A DNA stretch of 64,000 nucleotides from an uncultured Planctomycetota bacterium (lineage in GTDB: Bacteria > Planctomycetota > Planctomycetia > Isosphaerales > Isosphaeraceae): assembly GCA_963823665.1 (NCBI GenBank), contig CAWGMQ010000005.1, positions 1-64,000 of the forward strand. Reading direction: 5' to 3'. Positions 1-8,634 of this stretch are shown in pieces. The position numbers and the translations under genes are program-made. How positions within the stretch are numbered: the first letter of the stretch is position 1; each line of letters begins with the position of its first letter. The notes under the pieces are model-generated. The model did no database searches. It was given only the letters and a program-made list of their open reading frames with translations, and was not told the DNA's origin.

Positions 1-570
1 GGTGCCGCCGAATGCTTTTTCCGCATCACGCACGACGGCGACGGTTTCCTTGATGCGTGCCTTGGCCTCCGGCGTTTTCACGCAGCGTTGGAGCGTCTCC
101 GTCTCCGCGTCATCCAATGGCACAAGGATCGTGACTTCGCCACTGGCGGCGTCAATGCGAGCTTTGCCGGAAAGTGTCGGCACCTGCTTGGCCGTGATTT
201 CAGCGTCGATGTCGGCGGGTGCTAGCTTCAGGGTCTTCGGTTGCACGCCAAGTGGCAGCGATCCCTGCGTCACGGGAATAATGATCCGCTCGGCCTCCGT
301 GGCCGTGAAACCGTTGCTAACCAATGCATCCCGCAACTCGGCAAGAACGTCCGTAAGCGAAGCGGATACAGAAAACGCATAAGCACAATTCAAATCAGGA
401 TGTTTCTTCACCTGGGCGTTCGGCAATCGCAGGATGCGTCCGACGATCTGCTCGATGGCGGTAGCGGATCGCGTTTCTTTCAGGCTGCAAAGCACATAGG
501 CAAACGGGCAATCCCAGCCTTCGCGTAGCTTTTCGACGGTGATGATGAACCGCACCGGGCATTTCTGACT
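1..570 (-). pseudogene. Type III restriction enzyme Res subunit (SF2 helicase) fragment; N-terminal part missing, runs off window
   Basis: Manual translation of the minus strand (not in the ORF track): KCPVRFIITVEKLREGWDCPFAYVLCSLKETRSATAIEQIVGRILRLP..., matching helicase motifs V/VI of Res-type proteins. The Res-like sequence starts abruptly at the repeat element at 571. Confidence 0.8.
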
Positions 571-862
571 GGGATTCCAGACACCCATCCTTTTGTCACG
601 GTCCTCCACATCCATTCATTCGCGGCTCGCACGTTCAGCGCAAAACCACGGCCTCTGGTCATTGGGATTCCAGAGGGATTCCGGGATTCCAGGGGATTCC
701 AGACACCCATGCTTTTCTGACGGCTCTTCGCACCCATTCACTCGCCCTGGCACGTTCAGCGCAAAACCACGGCCTCTGGTCATTTGGAACGCGCCGAAGG
801 CAACGCGCTGCTTGCCAAAAGGTGGGTGTCTTAAATCCGGTGTCTTAAATCCCTAAATCCCC
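571..862 (+). repeat. ~155-bp TIR element family, copy A (partial copy 571-663 plus full copy ~693-862, with stuttered ends)
   Basis: Left end GGGATTCCAGACACCC, right end GGGTGTCTTAAATCCC, shared core GCAAAACCACGGCCTCTGGTCATT. The left motif is reiterated at 664-692 and the right motif at 839-862. Confidence 0.9.
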
Positions 863-973
863 GGCGCAACCTCGGCTGCGCGAACTCGGCATCAAGCTCA
901 CCGATCTCGAAAGACGTCGTCGGGGCCCAACTTAGCGCTATAGAACTAAGCGTCGTCCCGTTTCTTCTTCCGG

Positions 974-1975
974 TCACGCGACAAAATAGGGGGGCAGGTA
1001 GTTGACTTCGCCCGACGCGAGCGTGGCGAACAGGTCGCCGTCGGTGGCGGTTTGCGGCATGTCCTTGCGCGGAGGTGCAAGGGCGCCCGTGATCGGCTGG
1101 TTATCGGCTTGCATCTCTTGGACGTTGTTCCAGAGCGCCTTGGTGAGCTGCTTGAGGTCGTCCACTTCGAACGCTTCCAGGTCCGCTTTCTGATCTTTCT
1201 TCGACAAGTCGTCCCAGGTGGCTTTCACGCGCTCGGCGAAGGGGTCTTTCTTGATCGTCAGGAGGTTGAGGCCGGACACGTCTTCGCGCGGCACCGTGCC
1301 GGTGTCGCCGGCGATGGTAAGCTGCGTCGCTTCCAGGCCGACGATCGGCGTCACCGGCGCCGGTTCCACGGGAAACTCCACATCATTGGATTGGATTTGC
1401 CCGTTCGGATTGCAGATGTATACCTTGGACCAGCGGTGGTGTCCGTCGATGATGTACCGTTGGTTGTCGTAACTCGCCGTCATGACGGCATCGCCTGTCT
1501 CCACGCCGCCGCTCCGGTAGAGCGTGATGGCAGCCGGGTCTTTCAAGATCTTGAGCGTCTTGTCGACGTCAATCTCGTTCTGGGTCGGCAGCAGGTCTTT
1601 GACGTCGAGGTTCCGCAAAACCGACGGTGCCGCTTCATCGATCGTGCCCCCCAGGATCGCATCGTCGCGGAACTGCATGACAAACGCGTCGGAGTAATGC
1701 CTCTGGAAGGTGACACCATCTTCCGCGAGGTTGAGGTCGTATTTCAGGTCGTACACGAATTTGGGGTACGGGGACTCCATCATCTTCTCATACGCCGCCT
1801 TCACATCGGGATCAATCGACGGTTGGTCGGTGACCGTTCCTTGGAAGTGAATATCGACGGCGGGCGGGGTGGTTTGGCTCTCGAGTCGAAATTGCCACTG
1901 ATGCGCAACGCCCGTGACGGTCAACGTCGATGGGACAAGCCGGTGTTCCAGCGCCTCGAAACTCAGTACCGTCAT
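974..1975 (-). CDS. Putative secreted protein: planctomycete LEPRxLL-type N-terminus plus ParB/sulfiredoxin-like domain
   Basis: MTVLSFEALEHRLVPS N-terminus and YIIDGHHRW motif; 333 aa from ATG 1975 within the 424-aa ORF. Confidence 0.75.
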   Translation of the reverse strand: MTVLSFEALEHRLVPSTLTVTGVAHQWQFRLESQTTPPAVDIHFQGTVTDQPSIDPDVKAAYEKMMESPYPKFVYDLKYDLNLAEDGVTFQRHYSDAFVMQFRDDAILGGTIDEAAPSVLRNLDVKDLLPTQNEIDVDKTLKILKDPAAITLYRSGGVETGDAVMTASYDNQRYIIDGHHRWSKVYICNPNGQIQSNDVEFPVEPAPVTPIVGLEATQLTIAGDTGTVPREDVSGLNLLTIKKDPFAERVKATWDDLSKKDQKADLEAFEVDDLKQLTKALWNNVQEMQADNQPITGALAPPRKDMPQTATDGDLFATLASGEVNYLPPYFVA

Positions 1976-2384
1976 GAGAACCTCGAAAGTACGTATCGTG
2001 GATCGAGACTGAACCATTCGCGCCGAAGCCAACGCTGGCATCCCGCGACCGGCTTCCGCGCGCCTCGGGCCTCGACTCGAGCGAAGGCGGTGGCGACGAC
2101 ACGAGCGCTTCCTTGAACCGGCGCGTTCCCTCGCCCGCCGACACGGTTCACACCGCGGAACCACGAGGCTCGCCGTCGCCACCGGGTCATGGCTCGCCGG
2201 TCGCTTCGACTCCACCCAAACGTCGCGGTGAAACAATCTCGAAACCACGATGCACCACGCGAAACGGCGCTGTCAAGAAGATTCGCCAAAGAAAGAAGAT
2301 CGAGGAGAAAGAGCGGTCGGCCAGACACGGGGTGATCAGCTCCGACGTCGCAAACCACTTGCGAACGAGCGCCGGGGCAGCCGG

Positions 2385-2742
2385 CCGTCACGATGGAGAC
2401 GACAAGGTCTCCCAAGTTCCCGGGGAACCCTATTGATCATTCGCCATGTTCTCCGACCCCGGTCTGACCAGGCACGCTAGTGGGTCCAGGTGTCGCTAAT
2501 GCCCGGCACGGCCCCCGCGTCAGACAAGGACGAGGGCTCAGGACAAGAAGAGGAAATTTCGAGGCTCAATCGCACAGCGTTTGATCTCGCTGTCTACGCT
2601 TCGCAGTGAGAGTCGCGTCTCCCCACGCAAGACTTGCTTCCGCCGCTGGCCCGGCTCTGCCGGACGGGATTGGTTACCCGCAGGGTTCCACTAAAAGGTT
2701 TCACATTGGAATGATCCTCCTTTTCCGAGCTTCTTGGCGCAA
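2385..2742 (-). mobile_element. Group II intron remnant 1 (5' end and domain I only)
   Basis: Minus strand starts TTGCGCCAAGAAGCTCGGAAAAGGAGG. It contains GCAAGTCTTGCGTGGGG..GCGAAGCGTAGACAGC..TTGAGCCTCGAAA and GGGAACTTGGGAGACC, typical of IIB-type domain I, and is homologous to 8380-8634. No RT or DV follows. Confidence 0.85.
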
Positions 2743-3113
2743 TGTCTGACATCCCCCGCATCGAATCCGAAAGCGAGTTGCTTGATCAAGCCATGATCTT
2801 GGTCGAAGCCGACCATCGAGCTGCTGCCGCTGTAATTGCTGGCGGCGCGTTGGAGACCCACCTGCGATACTACGTGGACAAGCACAGCGTCGCGATTACC
2901 GGGGACGGGTCGATCTCGAAGTATAACAGCGCCGTCGGACAAGCCCGGAAAGCGAACCCAGCACTCTACTCGGCAAACGACGGGAAACTGGTCGAGAGTC
3001 GGGGCGGTTTGCGCAATGAAGCTGCGCATGAACCCGCGAAATTCAACCGGAGCAAGGATGAAATCAAGCGGACGATTGAAGGAATCCGCGAGTTCATACG
3101 GCGCACAGCGTAG
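2742..3113 (+). pseudogene. 5'-truncated paralogue of the HEPN protein at 4037-4705
   Basis: Aligns with the C-terminal ~120 aa of 4037-4705 (AVIAGGALETHL..SISKYNSAVGQARK..RNEAAH) and begins at the repeat stub. Confidence 0.8.
2743..2757 (+). repeat. Right-terminus stub of the ~155-bp element (5' exon of intron 1)
   Basis: TGTCTGACATCCCCC matches the right ends at 6388-6402 and 7236-7248. Confidence 0.75.
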
Positions 3114-3285
3114 CCAGGGCCGTTCGGACCGATTCGCACCGCGAAGGTAGCTTCCTACGCTAAGCCATCGGGGCCCCCGGTCCGCCAATTTTTCACGCCT
3201 CAAACCACGCGGGCCGCTGATCTTCTCACGAGGATCTTGCGGCCGATTCTTTGCCACGCGCAAATTGCCAGAGGGGGATTCTTCA

Positions 3286-3852
3286 ATGGGCGAGCCGAAA
3301 CCGCAACCGTCAAGGAGTCGGTTTGACGTGTCAATTCACGAAGCCGGACATGTCGTCGCTGCTGTCGTTCTGGGTTTGCAATTTGAGTCAGTCGACCTGG
3401 AGCATCACGCAGACCCGAAAACGGGTGGCACCTCCCTCGGAGGCTTTCGCTTCGGCGAAATTCGCTGGGATCAATTTCGTGGTAAAGGAATCGATGCCAT
3501 ACGGCGTCACCTCATCGTTGCGTATGCTGGCGTCGCCACTAAGCCCAGCGTTGAGGCCGCGCTCGATGCCTTGACGACTGACGGTCTGAAAGACGAGGAA
3601 CGTGCTAAGGAGTTAGTTGCGACGGCTGTTTACAGCGGTCCCGAGAAACACCGCGAAATACAAGCCACGCTGACCTCCAAAGACAAGGGCGCTCTTGCAG
3701 AAGCATTTCAATCCGCTTGGGAATTGATTAACCCCCGGGGCAAAATCGTGAGAGAGGTCGCGAAGGCGCTGCGCATGCGACATCGACTAACTTTCGGCGA
3801 GGCCGTTGCTATCGTCCATGATTGCGAAGCGAATCCGGACTTGAATTCCTAG
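3286..3852 (+). CDS. Small zinc metallopeptidase-like protein (HEAGH; stand-alone M41/FtsH-protease-like)
   Basis: SIHEAGHVVAAVVLG, downstream AYAG and C-terminal VAKAL..LT pattern; GAGGGG RBS upstream. Confidence 0.7.
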   Translation: MGEPKPQPSRSRFDVSIHEAGHVVAAVVLGLQFESVDLEHHADPKTGGTSLGGFRFGEIRWDQFRGKGIDAIRRHLIVAYAGVATKPSVEAALDALTTDGLKDEERAKELVATAVYSGPEKHREIQATLTSKDKGALAEAFQSAWELINPRGKIVREVAKALRMRHRLTFGEAVAIVHDCEANPDLNS

Positions 3853-3890
3853 CTCGTAGGGCGCCTATTAAGAGTCGAGCCATATTAGCC

Positions 3891-3925
3891 GGCCGCGCTG
3901 TCCATAGGGCGCGGCCATTCTTTTC
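3891..3925 (+). terminator. Probable intrinsic terminator
   Basis: GGCCGCGC-N10-GCGCGGCC stem followed by ATTCTTTTC. Confidence 0.55.
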
Positions 3926-4036
3926 ACCCCTTCTTCTTGCTCTGTAGGCTATGCTATCGGGGGTTGCGACCAGCCGACACCGGCATCTGATTAAGACTCC
4001 GATGGCAAGAGTGTAGCACCAGAAAGAGTTTGGTTC

Positions 4037-4705
4037 ATGACGCGACAACAGCTCCAATCCTTCTACGAGCAACTAATCGCGACCGCCGACTCGATGCCAT
4101 TCGAATTGAGCCTGGGAGTTCCAGTCTACAACCAGGCGTCGGCCCACGAATGGGCAACAGAGGCCGAGTCTGCGTTGGCGGCCGTGTTCCCCGAGTCGCA
4201 TCCCACCCGACAGGCTTGGGCTCGTATTCACAAGCATCCAAAAGCGAGATTCGTTGGCGAAGTCTTTGACCAGTTCATGGGAGCGTTTAAGGGGGCATAC
4301 AACCAAATCCGGGATAACAGGCTCGCCTCCCTGATGGACATCATCCGGCTGGAATCGGAGAGCGATTTTCTTGACCAGGCCACCGAACTGGTCGAGGCCG
4401 ACGCCCGCGCTGCTGGCGCTGTGATCGCCGGAGGCGTATTGGAGACTCACTTGAAAAACTACGTGGACAAACATGGCTTATCGTTCGCGGGAAGCGGGTC
4501 GATCTCCAAGTACAACAGCGCCGTCGGGCAAGCCCGAAAATCGAACCCAGGGCAGCTTTATTCGGTTAACGATGGCAAGCTGGTTGAGGCTTGGGGCGGC
4601 GATCGCAATGATGCAGCGCACGAACCGAGTTCGTTCGCGCGAACCAGGGCAGACGTGAAGCGGATGATCGAGGGAATCCGGGAGTTCATTGGGCGAACAG
4701 GATAG
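4037..4705 (+). CDS. HEPN-domain protein (DUF4145-like), putative RNase effector
   Basis: 222 aa; AGAVIAGGVLETHL helix and C-terminal R-x4-H motif (RNDAAH). Confidence 0.75.
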   Translation: MTRQQLQSFYEQLIATADSMPFELSLGVPVYNQASAHEWATEAESALAAVFPESHPTRQAWARIHKHPKARFVGEVFDQFMGAFKGAYNQIRDNRLASLMDIIRLESESDFLDQATELVEADARAAGAVIAGGVLETHLKNYVDKHGLSFAGSGSISKYNSAVGQARKSNPGQLYSVNDGKLVEAWGGDRNDAAHEPSSFARTRADVKRMIEGIREFIGRTG

Positions 4706-5031
4706 AGAGCACCAGCGAGACCGATTCGTCCCTCCGAAGCGCTAGCTTCCTAAGCTAAGACTGAGGGTTGTCGCCGCCAAAAACCAACCGATTGCGACGT
4801 CGCTCCCGCTCGCTGTTTAGGATCGCGTGGACGCGTCGGACTTCGTCGGCTTGAGCCGCTTTCATGCGCCGGAGGTGCTTCGGTCAGGAGTGTCGCGGCT
4901 TTCATCGATTCCGGCTCGGGATCGCAGTCGGATTCTTTTGGTTAGCTTTTACCGATTAACCCATTTATACTGGCTTAGTTAGATTCGCCTCTTCCAGGCG
5001 CCGCCGAAGTCTTCCAACGAAGCAAGATCCA

Positions 5032-6116
5032 ATGATGCAGTCCGTGGCACCCGGCATCCGCGCGGCCCGCTATCACGTCGTCCTATTTCAAGGAGGGGGC
5101 GATGGCCTCGACCGGCAGTCTGTGCGTGCTTTACACCTATTACTACGCAAGCATATTGTGACCGCGCCGAAAAACACCGAAATTGACATATGGATCGACT
5201 CCCCTGGCGGGGATGCGCACGCAACGTACAAGTTGTTTCTGGAGCTCCGGTACCGGTGTGAGAAATTGAGGGCAGTGATTCCCGACTACGCAAAGAGCGC
5301 AGCCACATTGTTGACGCTTGGCGTCGATGAAATCTACATGTCGCCGAGCGCCGAACTCGGACCTCTTGACGCTCAAATTAAGCACCCAGAAAAAGAGCGC
5401 GAAATCGTCTCCGCGCTCGACATTGCAGACTCACTCGACTCGCTGGCACAGGCGTCCTTCGTCATGGCGCAACGATACTGCAATTTCATGGTTGAGGTTC
5501 TGGATCTGCCGCGTTCAGAGGTTCTCGGCTCGGTTCTCGAGTACATGGCACAATTTATGCAGCCAATCGTCTCAAAACTTGACCCACATCGAATTCACCA
5601 GGCCACGAGCCTACTTGAGGTCGCAGGTGACTATGGAGTGCGGATGTTGGCGAGGCGAAATGTCCCTGCTGACAAAAAGCTGGGACCAAGAGGCGCAAGA
5701 GCTTGTGAACAAATTGGTTAAGGATTACAGCACGCACGGTTTCATCATCAGTCGCGAAGAGGCTTCGATAGTGCTAAACTTGCCGGTATCTCCCGCGGAA
5801 GATCACCCGAGATGGTTGAACATTAAGGAGACTCCACGACGAATTTGAAAAGAACCACCGGTCTATCGTGAAAATCTTACAGGATTCGGAGCTAAAATCG
5901 CCCGCCCCGTCCCCGGAGGCCGACCATGAGCGAACACGATCAAACAAACCCCGAGCCGGAAGTGCCGGGCCGTCTGACGGCGCCCCGCAAGTCCGAAGAC
6001 AAAGAGGCAATCGAAATTCTCAGACGTCTAAGGCGGGAGGAGCGGGCGCTGACAAACGCGATCGTTGCCAAGACCGGAAGACTGCTGAAGTATGGAGGGC
6101 CCTCGGCGGTGAATAA
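5032..6116 (+). CDS. SDH-family ClpP-fold serine protease, with two apparent +1 frameshifts (~5683, ~5830)
   Basis: IDSPGGD, VIPDYAKSAATLLTLG, ELGPLDAQ motifs. The C-terminal part LVKDYSTHGFIISREEA continues in the next frame (ORF 5318-5848) and then probably in ORF 5868-6116. Confidence 0.8.
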
Positions 6117-6222
6117 TGCCGATAGTCAAACTCGCTGGCCGCGCGTCCGTTGGAGGCGGACGGCGCTTCAGCACCGAATCCCTATTGTGGCTCCCTTCGC
6201 TTTCTGGACGCCATTGACCTAA
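5926..6222 (+). CDS. Small hypothetical protein overlapping the protease 3' end
   Basis: GGAGG RBS before the ATG; charged helical segment KEAIEILRRLRREERAL. Confidence 0.4.
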   Translation: MSEHDQTNPEPEVPGRLTAPRKSEDKEAIEILRRLRREERALTNAIVAKTGRLLKYGGPSAVNNADSQTRWPRVRWRRTALQHRIPIVAPFAFWTPLT

Positions 6223-6244
6223 ACCGTTCTGATGGCGTTCGTAT

Positions 6245-6402
6245 GGGAATCCAGACACCCACCCGTTTCGTCACGCCCCCCGGCATCCATGCATTGGCGG
6301 CCCACACGTTCGGCAGAGAACCACGGCACGACCGCTGGTCATTTCGACAAAAAGAAGGCGCGAGTCCGACGCTGCGCAGAAGGTGGGTGTCTGACATCCC
6401 CC
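6245..6402 (+). repeat. ~155-bp TIR element, copy B (more diverged)
   Basis: GGGAATCCAGACACCC ... GGTGGGTGTCTGACATCCCCC with a homologous core. Confidence 0.9.
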
Positions 6403-6432
6403 TGGCCAAGTCAGACGAGATCACGCAGTCCA

Positions 6433-6482
6433 CGTGCCATCTGGCACGCACACTTTGACAGCATGGCAGTAGTGACTACGCT
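6433..6482 (+). promoter_or_regulatory. Putative promoter/operator of the antitoxin gene
   Basis: Palindrome CGTGCCA-TC-TGGCACG (6433-6448), TTGACA (6455-6460), then N16 and TACGCT, 7 nt before the ATG. Confidence 0.5.
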
Positions 6483-6489
6483 GAGGATC

Positions 6490-6948
6490 ATGAGTGTGCT
6501 CGACATCCGAAAGCCCGGCCGAAGGCAACGTGTCTCCCTTAATACTTTGGGCTCCAGTTTGGGATTGAAGGTGTCCCGGACTGATCAGCTCATTAACCAG
6601 GTCCAGCACGGTCTGTCGTTCAAGGCCCTGGTCTCTCTCGAGGCAATCAGCGGTATGACCGCCTCGGAAATCGCCTCGATCATCGGGATTCCCGCACGAA
6701 CATTGGCCCGACGTCGGGTCGCCGGCAAGCTGGCGCCCGATGAGTCGGAGCGCCTGCTCCGGATAGCCGCGGTTTTTGAGAAAGCGGTGGGTCTGTTCGA
6801 GGGCGACGTGCCTGCCGCCCTCGCGTGGCTGAGAGCTCCCAAGAAGACCTTGGGCCAGCAGAGCCCCTGGACCTTCGCCCGTAGCGAACTGGGGGCTCGA
6901 GAAGTTCTCGATCTGATTGGCCGCTTGGAGTACGGAGTTTTCACTTGA
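6490..6948 (+). CDS. Xre/MbcA/ParS-family antitoxin (RES-Xre TA system)
   Basis: GIPARTLARR..LAPDESERLLRIA..AWL..P...LG..P..ELGAREVLDLIGRLEYGVF. Confidence 0.9.
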   Translation: MSVLDIRKPGRRQRVSLNTLGSSLGLKVSRTDQLINQVQHGLSFKALVSLEAISGMTASEIASIIGIPARTLARRRVAGKLAPDESERLLRIAAVFEKAVGLFEGDVPAALAWLRAPKKTLGQQSPWTFARSELGAREVLDLIGRLEYGVFT

Positions 6949-7050
6949 TCGTCTAATTACCTCGTGAATCCTCGCCATGCAGACTTTCCTGAGCTTCAGG
7001 TTGGTAAACCATCCCGCTTCCGTTTCGACCCTCGGTTGACCGGCAAATGA
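6945..7050 (+). pseudogene. RES toxin remnant (almost entirely deleted)
   Basis: SNYLVNPRHADFPELQVGKPSRFRFDPRLTGK* is a typical RES-toxin C-terminus and directly follows the antitoxin stop. Confidence 0.8.
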
Positions 7051-7097
7051 TAGACGCGACCGAGGAAGAGGCGTCGCAAACATCGGCGATAGCATCG

Positions 7098-7248
7098 GGG
7101 ATTCCAGACACCCGTCCTATCGGCACGGTCCCCCGCATCCATTCATTCGCGGCTCGCACATTCGGCGCAAAACCACGGCCTCTGGTCATTTCGAACACGC
7201 AGAAGGCCAGCGCCCGACGCTCGGCAAACGATGGGTGTCTGACATCCC
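7098..7248 (+). repeat. ~155-bp TIR element, copy C
   Basis: GGGATTCCAGACACCC ... ACGATGGGTGTCTGACATCCC. Confidence 0.9.
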
Positions 7249-7461
7249 TTACATAAGGTTGCGGAAAGTACAGATATGAGAAAGATAATCCATTACCCTC
7301 ACTAGAGGTGTGCCTCCTGTGCCAGATGAGCTGCTATCTGTCCATGGATGTGAGGAGTTCCAGCCACACGTCTACAATTTGCTACATTGCTTACTGTGAG
7401 CCTTTCCATGATGACTGACACCAACTCGGCAGCGTACGATCGAACGAGGGGATTATGTCTC

Positions 7462-8091
7462 ATGACACCTAGGGTGCGAGATGCGGTGCAGTCGGCCCAA
7501 CCGAGGCGGCTTAATCTCGGCGATGCAATCGTTCTCGTGGCAATGACCGCCATCGGTTTTGGCCTGGCCAAGCCCGTCATCAATCGGTGGGATAACAGAT
7601 ACAATACCCCGGCCAAGATCCTCGCCGACTTGGCCACACGCGGCGTCTTCTTCGCCCCGATCCACATACTTTACTGGCCGATCACGGCCTCGCCTGTCCT
7701 ACTGAGCTGGACTCTCGCCGTCGGCGGCCTCAGCCTCCGACAGCCCCGGCCGCCGCTCCATCGCCTCCTCCGGCGTCCGGGAACTGTGGCCTGTCTAGCG
7801 GCTGCTACAGCATTGGCGTGCGAGATCGTAGTGGCCGTCCTTCTGTACCTGATGGCCGTCGTCGCAGGCATCACCCTGGGTTTCGACCTTCGGAATAATC
7901 ACAGCTACTTGAAAGCATATTACTTATTGATAGCGGCGCTTGGGTTCGCCATAGCAGCGGCTTGGGCGATCCTGATGCTCGCGAGGCGATGGCGAGCCGA
8001 GCCGAGTTGGATTGACCGTAGCGGAAGAGCCCTTGGCCTGTGCTGGATCGCTCTCATTCCGTTCTCATTCTGGATGGCCATGCTCAACTGA
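7462..8091 (+). CDS. Hypothetical multi-pass membrane protein
   Basis: About 5 hydrophobic segments; RRLNLGDAIVLVA N-terminus and WRAEPSWIDRSGRALG C-terminal motif; start uncertain (7408 or 7462). Confidence 0.75.
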   Translation: MTPRVRDAVQSAQPRRLNLGDAIVLVAMTAIGFGLAKPVINRWDNRYNTPAKILADLATRGVFFAPIHILYWPITASPVLLSWTLAVGGLSLRQPRPPLHRLLRRPGTVACLAAATALACEIVVAVLLYLMAVVAGITLGFDLRNNHSYLKAYYLLIAALGFAIAAAWAILMLARRWRAEPSWIDRSGRALGLCWIALIPFSFWMAMLN

Positions 8092-8107
8092 GAGGAGCCG
8101 AGGAGCC

Positions 8108-8634
8108 GCTGGGTAGGTCTGGGTGGTTGACCACCCAGACCCCCCGCAGATCCGTGCTCGCGCAATTAACGCACACGGCTCCTCATTTCAAACCTTCGCT
8201 GCTCGACGGTACACCGAGTGGACAACGATCGCTGCTGGGAGCGGATACCGCTCCAGCAGACGATACATTCGCTCCCAGGCGACTTCGCCGCCGCGGTGGC
8301 GTCGGCCAAGCCATTTCCTCCAGGATGCATAAACCTGGAGTTGGTAAGCCGGAACCTCGGCCGCCAGTCACGCCGGAAATGGCAGGGTCTCTCAGGTTCC
8401 CGAGCGACCCTCATGTCCCTACGCCCTGTTCTCGGACCCAGGTAGGACCGAACACGCCAGGCCGTTGCGGCGTGTCGACGCGGCCCCCGCTTGTGTCTAC
8501 AACGGAGGCTCCCACGATGAGTATTTCGGGGCTCGATAGCATGGCATGGGGACTCGCTGTCTACGCTGCGCAGTGAGGGTCACCCCTCCCCACGCAAGAC
8601 TTGCTTCCGGCTGCCGGCCAGGCTCTGCCGGGCG
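8108..8634 (-). mobile_element. Group II intron remnant 2: partial domain I, last ~50 codons of the maturase, DV and DVI
   Basis: Minus strand DV GAGCCGTGTGCGTTAATTGCGCGAGCACGGATC and DVI GGGGTCTGGGTGGTCAACCACCCAGACCTACCC. These are preceded by WRKWLGRRHRGGEVAWERMYRLLERYPLPAAIVVHSVY (domain X end). RT core deleted. Confidence 0.9.

Noticed and set aside
571..862. CRISPR array or integron attC sites
   Set aside because: No regular repeat-spacer period, no cas or intI gene, and no attC core consensus.
2316..2372. GCCAGACACGGGG, a possible left end of a related element next to intron 1 (similarly GAGGAGTTCCAGCCACAC at ~7352)
   Set aside because: Only the short core matches and the interior does not align with copies A-D, so it is not counted as a copy.
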